Positions 10,473-20,322 of a DNA stretch of 64,000 bases are shown here, in pieces. The notes under the pieces were generated by a model, which saw nothing but the letters and a program-made list of their open reading frames with translations, was not told where the DNA came from and did no database searches. The translations under genes were made by a program, and so were the position numbers. This DNA is from Alphaproteobacteria bacterium (GTDB lineage Bacteria; Pseudomonadota; Alphaproteobacteria; UBA828): the NCBI GenBank assembly GCA_965221125.1, contig CBDCRW010000005.1, positions 416,001 through 480,000 of the forward strand, in the 5' to 3' direction. Every line of letters begins with the position of its first letter. The first letter of the stretch is position 1.

Positions 10473-11951
10473 TCAAATCAACGACCCCTGGCCGTCGTCC
10501 TCATCCCGTGCGGTTTTGCGGGGCCTGGGCTTCCCGGCCGCGCGGGCGGCGGCGCGGCCGTCGTGGAATTCGAGGGAGAGCGCGGCGCCGGACTTCACCG
10601 CCGCAGCGCTGGTCACGGGCCGCTCCCGCTGGTCGCGCACCACCGCGAAGCCCCGCGCGAGCACGCCCCGATAGGAATAGCTTTCGAGCAGGCGCGCCGC
10701 CGTCTCGATCCGTGCCGCCCGCTCGCTCAGCGCAGCGCGCCGGGCGTGGCGCAGCCGGCCGGCCAGCAGCTCCGTGCCCCGGCGCTCCCAGTCGATGCGG
10801 GCGGCGGGGTGCCCGGCCGCAAGGCGTTCGGTCGCGTGCCCGAGCTGCTGGCGCTTGAGCGCGAGGAGCTGGCGCGGACGGAGCGGCCGGAGCCGGTCCA
10901 CGGCTTGCCGCTCCGCGCCCAACCGGCCGCGCACGCCGCGGCCTAAACGTTCCGACCAGTCGTCGAGGCGCTGGCTCGCCGTGGCGAGGCGGTCCCGCGC
11001 CGCCGGCAGGCCGCGCCCGAGCCCGTCGACACGAGCGCGCCGCTCGGCGATCAGCCGGCGGAGCGACGCGCCAAGCCGATGCTCCAGGCTCTGCGCGCGC
11101 TCCAGCAGGTCGGCGCGCACCGGCACGGCCATCTCGGCGGCGGCCGTCGGCGTGGGCGCGCGGCGGTCGGCGGCGAGGTCGATCAGCGTCACGTCGGTCT
11201 CGTGGCCCACGGCGGAAATCAGCGGAATCTCGCTCGCGGCCGCCGCGCGCACCACGACCTCCTCGTTGAAGGCCCACAGATCCTCCAGGCTACCGCCGCC
11301 GCGGGCGACGATCAGCACGTCCGGCCGCGGCACGGCCCCTTGCGTATCGAGGCGGTTGAAGCCCGCGATGGCCGCCGCGATTTCCTCCGCCGCGCCCGCG
11401 CCCTGCACCTTGACCGGCCAGACCAGCACGCGGCGGGGGAAGCGGTCCTCGATGCGATGCAGGATGTCGCGGATCACCGCGCCGGTGGGCGAAGTCACGA
11501 CGCCGACGGTCTCCGGCAGGTAGGGCAGATCGCGCTTGCGCGCCTCGTCGAAGAGGCCCTCGTCGGCGAGCGCCTTCTTGCGCGCCTCCAGCAGCGCCAG
11601 CAGCGCGCCCGCGCCGGAAAGCTCCAGCCGCTCCACCACGATCTGGTAGCGCGAGCGCCCCGGATAGGTGCTGATCTTGCCGGTGGCGACGACCTCCAGC
11701 CCGTCCTCCGGCGCGATGCCGAGCCGGCCGGCGACGCCCCGCCAGCACACCGCGTCCAGCACCGCGTCCGCGTCCTTGAGCGCGAAGTAGAGGTGGCCCG
11801 ACGCGGCCCGCTTGAAGCCCGAGACCTCGCCCCGCACGCTCACCCAGGCGAACTCGCCCTCGACCACGCGCTTCAGCGCCTGCGATAGCTCGCCGACCGT
11901 GAGCACGGGCCGGTTGCTGCCGTCGGCGAGGGTGCCGTCCGCCTCCGTCAT
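10473..11951 (-). CDS. xseA: Exodeoxyribonuclease VII large subunit
   Basis: SGHLYFALKD, VVTSPTGAVIRDI, ARGGGSLEDLWAFNEE, SAVGHETD, APTPTAAAE. Confidence 0.96.
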   Translation of the reverse strand: MTEADGTLADGSNRPVLTVGELSQALKRVVEGEFAWVSVRGEVSGFKRAASGHLYFALKDADAVLDAVCWRGVAGRLGIAPEDGLEVVATGKISTYPGRSRYQIVVERLELSGAGALLALLEARKKALADEGLFDEARKRDLPYLPETVGVVTSPTGAVIRDILHRIEDRFPRRVLVWPVKVQGAGAAEEIAAAIAGFNRLDTQGAVPRPDVLIVARGGGSLEDLWAFNEEVVVRAAAASEIPLISAVGHETDVTLIDLAADRRAPTPTAAAEMAVPVRADLLERAQSLEHRLGASLRRLIAERRARVDGLGRGLPAARDRLATASQRLDDWSERLGRGVRGRLGAERQAVDRLRPLRPRQLLALKRQQLGHATERLAAGHPAARIDWERRGTELLAGRLRHARRAALSERAARIETAARLLESYSYRGVLARGFAVVRDQRERPVTSAAAVKSGAALSLEFHDGRAAARAAGKPRPRKTARDEDDGQGSLI

Positions 11952-11973
11952 CGCCGCTCGGTGACCGCCGCCA

Positions 11974-12789
11974 TCAGGGGGCGAAGAAGGCGAGGGTGCG
12001 GGATTCGATGCTCTGGCGCGGGCGCGCGTCCGCCGGCGCGTTGGGGTCGGCGAAAGCGGTGTGCGCGGTGAACCGCGCCCGGCCGTCGGCGAGCGAATCG
12101 AAGGTCTTGAAGATCAGCGCCTCGCCGGGCGCCATCTCGGGAAAGTAGAACCAGCGGTGGCCGGGATTGTGGCTGAGCTGCATCACCTCGCCGACGCGGT
12201 GGGTGTAGACCAGATCGGTGAGCACGAAGTCGCCCTCGTCGATGCTCTGGGCGTCGCAGATGGCGAGCGGCATGTCCTGCACCGGGCCCGCGATGGGCCG
12301 CCAGACCTGCACCACGGCGAAGCGATGCCGCAGCAGCTCCTCCGCGCGATCCGCCGGCAGCAGGTCGCGCACCCGCTGCGGGGCCGAGCGTTTGGTGTAG
12401 TCGTTGTGCGCGACGTGCACGGGCTCGCGCACCTTGCGCTCGGTCCTGAGCGAGTCGTCGGCGACGCGGATGGTGTGGTCGAAGACCACGACGTCCGCCG
12501 CGCCGCTCGCCGCCTTCACCAGCCGCTCGACCTCCGGGCTGTAGACCGCCTCGATCTCGTCCTTGTCGTAGAAGTTCGAGACCGCGCTTCCTTCGGTGTT
12601 GAAAGTGAAGCCCTCGCGCTCCAGGTCGAGGGCATCCGCCGTCGGCCGGGCGTCGCGGATCGTAACCTCGACCTCCCGGTACTCGGCGTTGCGCTGTGCC
12701 GGCTTCTTGCCCGGATTGGTGAGGTAAGTGACCGGCTTCTCGTCGGTCGGCAGGATATAGTTGATCGCGGCATGGACGGCTCCGGACAT
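11974..12789 (-). CDS. CmcJ/NvfI-family (AsaB-like) putative Fe(II)/2OG oxidoreductase
   Basis: VFDHTIR, HVAHNDYT (HxD), QVWRPI, PLAICDA, HRWFYFPEM, AHTAF, RQSIESRT. Confidence 0.8.
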   Translation of the reverse strand: MSGAVHAAINYILPTDEKPVTYLTNPGKKPAQRNAEYREVEVTIRDARPTADALDLEREGFTFNTEGSAVSNFYDKDEIEAVYSPEVERLVKAASGAADVVVFDHTIRVADDSLRTERKVREPVHVAHNDYTKRSAPQRVRDLLPADRAEELLRHRFAVVQVWRPIAGPVQDMPLAICDAQSIDEGDFVLTDLVYTHRVGEVMQLSHNPGHRWFYFPEMAPGEALIFKTFDSLADGRARFTAHTAFADPNAPADARPRQSIESRTLAFFAP

Positions 12790-12887
12790 GGCGGCGTTCT
12801 CTTTGGCTTGAAGGGTGCTGCGGCGGCAGAGCTTAACCCGAAGATCGGTCTGCGGCGATACCAGCGTCTCTCAAATGCCAGCGTCGC

Positions 12888-14909
12888 TCAAACGGCGGCG
12901 ATCTCGACCTCGACGCCGTGGACGCAGGTGCTCTCCCCCATGTCCGACTTGATGCCGGGGTTGAGCACGTTGACGTTGGCCCTGGTGCCCTCCTGGCGGG
13001 GCCAGCGGCCCTTGGGGCTGAGCGCCACGCCCTGCGGGATGGTCTCGGCCACGGCCAGCGCAAGCTCCAGGCTGCCGGTCTCGTTGCTGAGCCGCACCCG
13101 TTGCCCGTCCGCGAGCCCGCGTGCCTCGGCGTCCGCCGGGTGCAGCGTCACCGTCGCCGCGCCCATGCGGTCCGCGATCCGCTCGTCGTTGGCGTAGGAA
13201 TCGTTCATGAGCCAGGGCGAGGCCGGCGTCAGCAGGCGCAGCCTGCCGCTCTCCGGCCGGGGGTCGGCATCTGCCAGCGGCAGGCGCGGGTGCCCGTCCG
13301 CCTCGGCGCGGGCAGACGTGATCTCGATCTTCCCGCTCGGCGTCGGGAAGGCGAGGTCAGGAAACTGGATGATCGGCTCCGCCGTCGGGAACACCGTGCC
13401 GGCCTTCTTGAAGTCCTCGAACGAGCCCGCGACGCCCACCTGGCCCATGACGCGCTCGATGATCTCGTCATCGGGTTCGTAGAGCTCCGGCTCCGCGTAG
13501 CCCATGGCGTGCGCGAGGCGCCGAAAAATCTCCTGGTTGGGGAGCGAGTCTCCAAGCGGCTCCTGCAGCCTCGCCTGCGCGGACATCGAGAGGTTGAAGT
13601 AGCCCGAGACCAGGTCGTCGAATTCCAGGAACGACGCCGCCGGCAGCACGTAGTCGGCGTAATCCGCGGTGTCGGTCTGAAAGATGTCCACGACCACGGT
13701 GAAGAGGTCTTCGCGCATCAGCGCCCGGCGGAAGCGCGCCTGCTCGGGGCTGGAGGCCGCCGGGTTGATGTTCCAGCAGAGGAAGGCCTGGATGTCCGCC
13801 GGGTCCTCCAGCCGGGCCGCAAGCTCCATCTGGCTGAAGCTCGGCGGGCTCCGGCTCAGCGCGGCGCCTGACAGGTAGTCGCCGTCCACCCCCTTGCGCG
13901 CGCCGCCGTTGAGGTAGAGCAGCCCGGCGCCGGGCTTGCCGAAGTTGCCGGTGACCGCCGGCAGCAGAGCGCAGGCACGGATCACGTTGCCGCCCATGGC
14001 TTGGCGTTGCAGCCCCTGGCCGAGCCAGAGCAGCGCCGGGCCTGCGCCGTAGATCCGCGCCACTTCTTCGATCTGCGCGGCCGGCACGCCGGTCCGCGCC
14101 TCGCCCCAGGCCGGCGTGCACGGCAGGGTGGCGGGCTCCAGCTCGTCCCAGCCGATCGTGTGCGCGTCGAGGAAGGCGCGGTCGATCAGCCTGTCGCGCA
14201 CCAGCACGTGGACCATGGCGAAGGCCAGCGCCGCATCGCTGCCGGGGAAGGGCTGCACGTGGATGTCGGCCTGCTCGGCGGTCGGGTGACGCACCGGGTC
14301 GACCACGATCACCGTGCCCGGCGCCTCCTTCAGCCAGTGCTTGTGCTGGTGCGGCGCGGACGCAGACGGGTTCGCGCCCCAGACGACGATCGAGTGCGCG
14401 TCCTTCGCGGTGCGCGGGTCGAAGCCGATCCCCGACGAGCCGATGGCGTAGTCGAGCGCCACGTGACCCGCCATGTTGCACACCGTGTCGGGCTCGACCT
14501 CGCGGGCGCCCAGGCGGCCCAAAAAACGCATCGGGAAGTTGTTGGCGATCAGCGAGCAGGTGCCGGTGTAGTGGGCGTGCACGATCCTGTCGGCGCCGTC
14601 GCCCGCCGCGATCTCCTTGAAGCGCCCGGCGATCGCGCCCAAGGCCTCGTCCCACGAGACCGGCTCGAAGCGCCCCTCCCCCTTGGCGCCGGCGCGCCTG
14701 AGCGGCGTCTGCAGCCGCACCTCCGGGTCGCGGAAGACGCCGTTGTACGCGAGCGCGCACTTGCCGCAGAGCGCGCCCCGGCTCACCGGGTGGTCCGGGT
14801 CGCCGAGCACGCGGGTGATCGCGCCGTCCCGCTTGATCGCGACGATGCCGCAGGCGTCGTAGCAGTCCCGCGGGCAGGTGGTCTTCAGGACTTCCTTCTC
14901 GCCCGGCAT
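12888..14909 (-). CDS. Molybdopterin-dependent oxidoreductase (DMSO reductase superfamily, uncharacterised subfamily)
   Basis: Start MPGEKE at 14909 with GGAGG RBS; CPRDCYDACG Fe-S motif, GAKGEGRFEPVSWDEAL, TDTADYADYVLPA, C-terminal MGD-binding domain. The longer ORF call reads through a repeat. Confidence 0.9.
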   Translation of the reverse strand: MPGEKEVLKTTCPRDCYDACGIVAIKRDGAITRVLGDPDHPVSRGALCGKCALAYNGVFRDPEVRLQTPLRRAGAKGEGRFEPVSWDEALGAIAGRFKEIAAGDGADRIVHAHYTGTCSLIANNFPMRFLGRLGAREVEPDTVCNMAGHVALDYAIGSSGIGFDPRTAKDAHSIVVWGANPSASAPHQHKHWLKEAPGTVIVVDPVRHPTAEQADIHVQPFPGSDAALAFAMVHVLVRDRLIDRAFLDAHTIGWDELEPATLPCTPAWGEARTGVPAAQIEEVARIYGAGPALLWLGQGLQRQAMGGNVIRACALLPAVTGNFGKPGAGLLYLNGGARKGVDGDYLSGAALSRSPPSFSQMELAARLEDPADIQAFLCWNINPAASSPEQARFRRALMREDLFTVVVDIFQTDTADYADYVLPAASFLEFDDLVSGYFNLSMSAQARLQEPLGDSLPNQEIFRRLAHAMGYAEPELYEPDDEIIERVMGQVGVAGSFEDFKKAGTVFPTAEPIIQFPDLAFPTPSGKIEITSARAEADGHPRLPLADADPRPESGRLRLLTPASPWLMNDSYANDERIADRMGAATVTLHPADAEARGLADGQRVRLSNETGSLELALAVAETIPQGVALSPKGRWPRQEGTRANVNVLNPGIKSDMGESTCVHGVEVEIAAV

Positions 14910-14976
14910 GGCGGCCTCCAGGATCAGATGCTGAGCCTCAAGGTAGCGCGCCGGGCGCTGCGCCGGAACCCCGTGC

Positions 14977-15124
14977 AGGAGCGCGTCCGACATTGACGGA
15001 CGTGCGACAGGCCGCGACAGCGGCCCGCCGCGAATGGGGCGCCCTCGCGGAGGCGCTGGCCGAAGGCCAGCTGCCGTGAGCGACAGAGACTTAGAGCGTT
15101 TCCGTGCAAAACGGAAACGCTCTA
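14977..15124 (+). repeat. Dispersed palindromic repeat family A, full copy
   Basis: ggagcgcgtccgac...gccgtgagcga...tagagcgtttccgtgcaaaacggaaacgctcta. Confidence 0.92.
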
Positions 15125-15158
15125 AGCTCCACGCCATGCAAAGGGAGGACAGGCCACG

Positions 15159-15992
15159 ATGCGGACGCTAAGGCTGCCGGGCGGCGACGAGGTGGTGGCG
15201 CTCGGCCAGGGTACGTGGCGCATGGGCGAGCGCCGGGCCGCGCGCAAGGACGAGGTGGCGGCGCTCCGCCACGGCATCGCCAACGGCATGACGCTGATCG
15301 ACACCGCCGAGATGTACGGCTCCGGCGGGTCGGAGCGCGTGGTGGGCGAGGCGATCCGCGGGCAGCGAGATCAGGTCTACATCGTGAGCAAGGTCCTGCC
15401 GTCCAACGCCGGGCGGAAGCGCATGGTGCGGTCCTGCGAGAAGAGCCTGAAGTGCCTGGGTACCGATTACCTCGACCTCTACCTGCTGCACTGGCGTAGC
15501 GGTGTTGCCCTGGACGAGGTCGTCGAGGGTTTTCTGGCGTTGCAGGAGTCCGGCAAGATTCGCCGCTTCGGGGTCAGCAACTTCGACATCGACGACATGG
15601 AGGATCTTTGGGGGACCCCGGACGGCCAGGGCTGCCAGACCAACCAGATCCTCTACAACCTCTCGCGGCGCTGGCCCGAGGCGGAGCTTCTGGCCTGGTC
15701 CCGCAGCCACGACCAGCCGCTCATGATCTACTCGCCGCTGGAGCAGGGCAGGCTGCCGGAAGGCGGCGCGCTCGGCGCCATCGCGGGCGCGCGCGGCGTC
15801 ACGCCCATGCAGGTGGCGCTCGCCTGGGTGCTTCGCCACGAGGACGTGTTCGTCGTGCCCAAGGCGAGCCGCATCGCCCACGTCGATGCCAACCTCGGCG
15901 CGCTCGACATCGCGCTCACCGCCGACGAGCTTGCCGCCCTGGACGCGGCCTTCCCGCCGCCCGAAGGCGCAGCCCCCCTCGAAATTCTCTAG
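15159..15992 (+). CDS. Aldo/keto reductase
   Basis: LGQGTW, IDTAEMYG, DYLDLYLLHW, GVSNF, YSPL, VPKAS. Confidence 0.94.
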   Translation: MRTLRLPGGDEVVALGQGTWRMGERRAARKDEVAALRHGIANGMTLIDTAEMYGSGGSERVVGEAIRGQRDQVYIVSKVLPSNAGRKRMVRSCEKSLKCLGTDYLDLYLLHWRSGVALDEVVEGFLALQESGKIRRFGVSNFDIDDMEDLWGTPDGQGCQTNQILYNLSRRWPEAELLAWSRSHDQPLMIYSPLEQGRLPEGGALGAIAGARGVTPMQVALAWVLRHEDVFVVPKASRIAHVDANLGALDIALTADELAALDAAFPPPEGAAPLEIL

Positions 15993-16131
15993 CCCGCATT
16001 TCTCACCAGGGTCACGGCCTGCGTCGCGTCCAGGCGTTCGATCCGCCAGGAGCGGGCCGAAAAGCGTATCGGGGAATACGGTTGAGGCCCGCGACGCCGC
16101 GGGCGGGCGCCTGGGCGCGACCCGAAGGGCG
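15990..16131 (+). repeat. Dispersed repeat family B (MITE/RPE-like), right-truncated copy starting at the aldo/keto reductase stop codon
   Basis: Nearly identical to 26075-26242 (cccgca(t/a)ttctcaccagggtcacggcctgcgtcgcg...aagcgtatcggggaatacggttgagg...cccgaagggcg), except for an internal segment present only in the 26075 copy. Confidence 0.9.
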
Positions 16132-16136
16132 GCCTC

Positions 16137-17027
16137 TCACTCCCCCTGGCCGATCATCTTCATGATGCCGGAGAAATCGTCCGCCCCGTTGCCGGCGTTG
16201 CAGAAGAGCGTGTAGAGCGCCGCGGCCTCCGCGCCCAAGGGCGAAGCCGCGCCGGCGGACGCCGCCGCGGCCTGGGCGAGGCGGAGGTCCTTCAGCATCA
16301 TCTGGGCCGTGAAGCCCGGCGCGTAGTCGCGATTGGACGGCGCGGCCTCCACCGGCCCCGGCACCGGGCAGTAGGAGGTGAGCGCCCAGCACTGGCCGGT
16401 CGCCTTGGAGACGATGTCGAAGAGGGTCTGGCGCTCGAGCCCGAGCCGGTCGGCCATGCCGAAGGCCTCGCAGACCCCGATCATCGAGACCGCGAGGATC
16501 AGGTTGTTGCAGACCTTGGCCGTCTGGCCCGCGCCGGAGGCGCCGGCGTGGATCACGGCCTTGCCCATGTCGCCCAGCACCGGCCGCGCGCGCTCCACCG
16601 CGTCCACCTCGCCGCCCACCATAAAGGTGAGCGTGCCTGCCGCAGCGCCTGCGACACCGCCCGAGACCGGCGCATCCAGCAGCGGCCAGCCGCCGTCGGC
16701 CGCCGTCGCCGCGACCGCACGCGCCGTATCGACGTCGATGGTCGAGCAGTCGATGAGCAGCGTTCCGGGCGCCGCGGCGGAGAGCACGCCGCCCGCGCCG
16801 CGATAAACCTCCGAGACCTCGGCGCCTGCGGGAAGCATGGTGACGACCACCTCCCGCCCGGCCGCCGCCTCGGCGACCGACGCCGCCGTCGCGGCGCCCG
16901 CCTCGCGCGCCTTCGCCGCCGCGTCCGCGCTGATGTCGAAGGCGGCGACCGCATGGCCGGCCTTCGCCAGATTGGCGGCCATCGGCCCTCCCATGTTGCC
17001 GAGCCCGATGAAACCCACGTCAGCCAT
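16137..17027 (-). CDS. mmsB: 3-hydroxyisobutyrate dehydrogenase
   Basis: FIGLGNMGGPMA, DAPVSGG, KVCNNL, SYCPVPGP, MLKDL. Confidence 0.94.
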   Translation of the reverse strand: MADVGFIGLGNMGGPMAANLAKAGHAVAAFDISADAAAKAREAGAATAASVAEAAAGREVVVTMLPAGAEVSEVYRGAGGVLSAAAPGTLLIDCSTIDVDTARAVAATAADGGWPLLDAPVSGGVAGAAAGTLTFMVGGEVDAVERARPVLGDMGKAVIHAGASGAGQTAKVCNNLILAVSMIGVCEAFGMADRLGLERQTLFDIVSKATGQCWALTSYCPVPGPVEAAPSNRDYAPGFTAQMMLKDLRLAQAAAASAGAASPLGAEAAALYTLFCNAGNGADDFSGIMKMIGQGE

Positions 17028-17080
17028 GTCGGCGTCTCCCTCCAATATCCGTCAGCGGTCCGGGGACCGGCTGCGGCCGC

Positions 17081-18148
17081 TCACCACGTCATGTCGCCCT
17101 TGGGCGGCACCTCGAAATAGGCATCGACCGCCGCCGCCGTCACCTCTTCCAGCCGCGCCGGGCGCCAGGCCGGGTTGCGGTCCTTGTCGACGATCTGGGC
17201 GCGGATCCCTTCGAAGAAATCCACGCCCAGGTTGCAGTGCATGGCGAGGCGGTATTCCAGCGCCATCGCCTCCTCGAAGTCCCGCTCGCCGTACTCCGTA
17301 AGCTGCTTGTGCGTGACCTTGAGGCTGGTCGGCGACTTCTGGGCGAGCGTCGCCAGCGTCTCAGCCGCCCAGTCCGAGCCCTCGGCCTCGAGGTTGGCCA
17401 CGATCTCCTCCACCGAGCCTGCGGCGAAGCAGCGGTCGATCTCCGCCTGCCGCGCGGCCAGCGGCGCGGGGCCCAAGTCCGCGGCGCTCTCCGCCAGCAT
17501 CCGCTCGATGGCCGCGCCCGCGTCGCCGCCGAGGTCCGCCGCCAACAGGGTCTCGTCCAGCGCCTGCAGCGCATCGCTCTGCACCACGTGCGTGGCGAGG
17601 CCGAGATAGAGCGAGTCCGCAGCCCCGATGCGCGCACCCGTGAGGCCGAGGTAGAGCCCGGCCCGACCCCTCAGCCTCGGCAGGAAATAGGTGGCGCCCA
17701 CGTCGGGGAAGAGCCCGATCCCGGTCTCCGGCATGGCGAAGAGCGCGCGCTCGGTCATCACCCGGTGCGAGCCGTGGATCGAGATGCCGACGCCGCCCCC
17801 CATGACGACGCCGTCGATCAGCGCGACGTAGGGCTTCGGGTAGCGGAAGATGAAGGTGTTGAGCCGGTACTCCTGCGCGTAGAAGACCGTGGCGAAGCGG
17901 CGCTCGGGATCGCCCTGCTCGCCGTAGAGCAGGCGGATGTCGCCGCCGGCGCAGAAGGGCACGCGCCCGTCGTCGCGCGCAGCCCCGCGGACGACCACGG
18001 CGGTGATGGACGGGTCCTCCGCCCATTCCTTCAGCCGCGCGTCGAGGCCCAGCACCATGGGCTGAGTCAGCGCGTTCAGCGCCTTCGGCCGGTTCAGCGT
18101 CACGCTGCCGATCCGGCCCTTCCGCTCCAGGATGATCTCGTCGCTCAC
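17081..18148 (-). CDS. 3-hydroxyisobutyryl-CoA hydrolase (enoyl-CoA hydratase/isomerase family)
   Basis: TLNRPKALNAL, FCAGGDI, MGGGVGIS, FAMPETGIGLFPDVG, DFFEGIRAQIVDKD; adjacent to mmsB. Confidence 0.9.
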   Translation of the reverse strand: MSDEIILERKGRIGSVTLNRPKALNALTQPMVLGLDARLKEWAEDPSITAVVVRGAARDDGRVPFCAGGDIRLLYGEQGDPERRFATVFYAQEYRLNTFIFRYPKPYVALIDGVVMGGGVGISIHGSHRVMTERALFAMPETGIGLFPDVGATYFLPRLRGRAGLYLGLTGARIGAADSLYLGLATHVVQSDALQALDETLLAADLGGDAGAAIERMLAESAADLGPAPLAARQAEIDRCFAAGSVEEIVANLEAEGSDWAAETLATLAQKSPTSLKVTHKQLTEYGERDFEEAMALEYRLAMHCNLGVDFFEGIRAQIVDKDRNPAWRPARLEEVTAAAVDAYFEVPPKGDMTW

Positions 18149-18336
18149 GGCTGCTCCGCTCGATGGCCGGCGCATCCTACTCGCGAGCGTTGTGGTCTGC
18201 ACGGCACTTTGCACCCGGCATGATCCACGTCATACCCGCGCCTGCGGCCGGTGGCCTAAACTGGCGCAGTCCGGGCCGGATGCCGCCTTGGGTCCCGATT
18301 CCGGGCAACGGACGCTGCGGAGAAGGAGGCTTGACC

Positions 18337-19158
18337 ATGGCCTACAAGGAAATCGTCGTGCACGTGGCTCCCGACGAGCGTGCGCCCCAGCGGCTCGATG
18401 CCGCGGTCGAGCTGGCCGAACGCCACGACGGCAAGGTGATCGGCCTTTACGCGCTGACCCGGCTCGTCGTCCCCGGCTTCGCGAGCTTCGAGCTCTCCAC
18501 GGAGGTCTACAAGCGGCTGGACACGGAGCAGCGCGCGCTCGCCGAAGCGGCCGAACGTCGCTTCACCGAGCGGATGGCGAAATCCACGGCTGCGTCCGAG
18601 TGGCGGCTGACCACGGGCGAGGCCGTCGACGCGGTCACGACCAGCGCGCACTACGCCGACATCACCGTGGTGGGCCAGACCGACCCGGACGACAGCCACA
18701 GTGTCGCCGGGATGGCAGACAGCGTGGTGCTGGGCGCCGGCGGCCCCGTGCTCGTCTGGCCCTACGCGGGCACCTTCAGCGTCAACGCGGAGACGGTCAT
18801 GCTCGCCTGGAACGGTACCCGCGAGGCGAAGCGGGCGCTCTCCGATGCGCTGCCCCTGATGCAGCAGGCGGAGAAGGTGATCGTGCTCGGCATCGACACC
18901 GGCGACGGCAAGCACATACCGGGCGCCGACGTCAGCGCCTACCTCGCGCGCCACGGCGTCAACGCGGAGGCCCGGCACACGGTGAGCTCGTCGGACCTCG
19001 GCGCTAGCGACGCCCTTCTCTCCGAGATCAGCGATCACGGGGCGAACCTCCTCGTCATGGGCGGCTACGGCCACCACCGCATGCGCGAAGTGCTGCTGGG
19101 CGGCGTCACGCGCGACATCCTGCGTCAGATGACCGTTCCGGTCCTGATGTCGCATTAG
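18337..19158 (+). CDS. Universal stress protein (tandem Usp domains)
   Basis: AGGAGG RBS; YKEIVVHV, AWNGTREAKRA, LLVMGGYGHHRMREVLLGGVTR, VPVLMSH. Confidence 0.92.
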   Translation: MAYKEIVVHVAPDERAPQRLDAAVELAERHDGKVIGLYALTRLVVPGFASFELSTEVYKRLDTEQRALAEAAERRFTERMAKSTAASEWRLTTGEAVDAVTTSAHYADITVVGQTDPDDSHSVAGMADSVVLGAGGPVLVWPYAGTFSVNAETVMLAWNGTREAKRALSDALPLMQQAEKVIVLGIDTGDGKHIPGADVSAYLARHGVNAEARHTVSSSDLGASDALLSEISDHGANLLVMGGYGHHRMREVLLGGVTRDILRQMTVPVLMSH

Positions 19159-19270
19159 CTTGATCTATCGTGTGATCGTCTGACACGAAATCACGCTAAT
19201 GATCGCAGGCGGCCGCCGCCGCCTGCACTCGCACGCGCCGGATCGCCCGCCACCCGCGTCAGGGCATTTC

Positions 19271-19409
19271 TGGAGCGCGTCCGACCATGACGGACGCGCG
19301 ACAAGCGGCCCGCCGCGAATGCGGCGCGCCCGCGCAGGCATCGGCCGAAGGCCGACTGCCGTGAGCGATAAAGACTCAGAGCGTTTCCGTGCAAAACGGA
19401 AACGCTCTA
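19271..19409 (+). repeat. Dispersed palindromic repeat family A, full copy with a short internal deletion
   Basis: Same termini and core as the other family A copies. Confidence 0.9.
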
Positions 19410-19489
19410 ATGTCTCGTGCGAGGCTGGCCGGGTAGACTGCCGCCGACGCCCGGACGCGCCCGGCGCAGGGCACGACGCGAGAGCAGGC

Positions 19490-20143
19490 ATGAGCAGGAC
19501 GATGCGGGCGAAGGCCGGAGCCGACGCCCCGGAACCCCGAATTCGGGCCAGGAACAAGGCGCGGATTCTGAACGCCGCCGTCGATCTCTTCGCCGACAAG
19601 GGTTTTCATGGCACGCACGTGAAGGAGATCGCGCTGGCGAGCGGCCTGCCCAAGACCAACGTCTACTACTATTTCCCGACCAAGGAGAGCATCTACACGG
19701 CCCTGATCGAGCGGCTGATCGAGGGCTGGGACCTCGCCTTCGAGCACATCGTGGCCGAGCGCGCGCCGCGCGATGCCATCGCCGCCTACATCCGCGCGAA
19801 GCTCGAGTACTCGCGCCTGCACGCCGCCGAATCCCGCTTCTTCGCCAACGAGATCCTGCGCGGCGCGACGTTCCTGGAGCGCCGCCAGCGCCGGCACATC
19901 TGCGACGTCACCACCCAGCGCGCCCATGTGGTGGAGGAATGGATCCGCACGGGCCAGATGGCGCCGGTGGACCCGCGCCACTTCTTCATCATGCTGTGGT
20001 CGGCGACCCAGTTCTATGCGGATTTCGGCGTGCTCGCCGCGGACGTGCTGGAGAAGCGCCGGCTCACGCGGAAGGACTTCGACGACGCGGCCAAGACCAT
20101 GACCCGGGTCATCCTGGACGGCTGCTGCACGTCGCGCCGGTAG
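19490..20143 (+). CDS. TetR-family regulator (RutR-like)
   Basis: ILNAAVDLFADKGFHGT..IA..SGLPKTNVYYYFPTKE helix-turn-helix; SRFFANEI and WSATQFYADF typical of the RutR C-terminus. Confidence 0.88.
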   Translation: MSRTMRAKAGADAPEPRIRARNKARILNAAVDLFADKGFHGTHVKEIALASGLPKTNVYYYFPTKESIYTALIERLIEGWDLAFEHIVAERAPRDAIAAYIRAKLEYSRLHAAESRFFANEILRGATFLERRQRRHICDVTTQRAHVVEEWIRTGQMAPVDPRHFFIMLWSATQFYADFGVLAADVLEKRRLTRKDFDDAAKTMTRVILDGCCTSRR

Positions 20144-20160
20144 GCGCGCGGAATCAAATG

Positions 20161-20193
20161 ACGGCCGGCTGCCGCGAGCGATAAACGCTCTGA
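20161..20193 (+). repeat. Internally deleted relic of repeat family A
   Basis: acggccggctgccgcgagcgataaa joined directly to cgctct. Confidence 0.55.
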
Positions 20194-20210
20194 GACCGAC
20201 GCCGCGCCGC

Positions 20211-20238
20211 TTGCGATGCGGCAGCGATGATGTATAGT
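20211..20238 (+). promoter_or_regulatory. Putative sigma70 promoter of the rpsF operon
   Basis: TTGCGA-N16-TATAGT about 85 bp upstream of the rpsF ATG. Confidence 0.5.
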
Positions 20239-20244
20239 CCGCCG

Positions 20245-20311
20245 CCTGGGTCTGCCGCCTCGCGGCTGCGGGGCGGGTGGCCTATTACGCGCCGCGACGG
20301 ACATTCAGGAG
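20245..20311 (+). promoter_or_regulatory. Candidate rpsF leader hairpin sequestering the RBS
   Basis: cctggg (20245-50) can pair with ttcagg (20304-09), which overlaps the SD AGGAG; tcgcggc (20260-66) pairs with gccgcga (20291-97). Confidence 0.35.
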
Positions 20312-20322
20312 AACAGCGCCGC

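Noticed and set aside
19160-19200. Imperfect palindrome tcgtgt-N9-acacga as a CRP/FNR or TetR site
   Set aside because: It does not fit TGTGA-N6-TCACA or TTGAT-N4-ATCAA; it is a single weak instance, separated from the TetR gene by a repeat.
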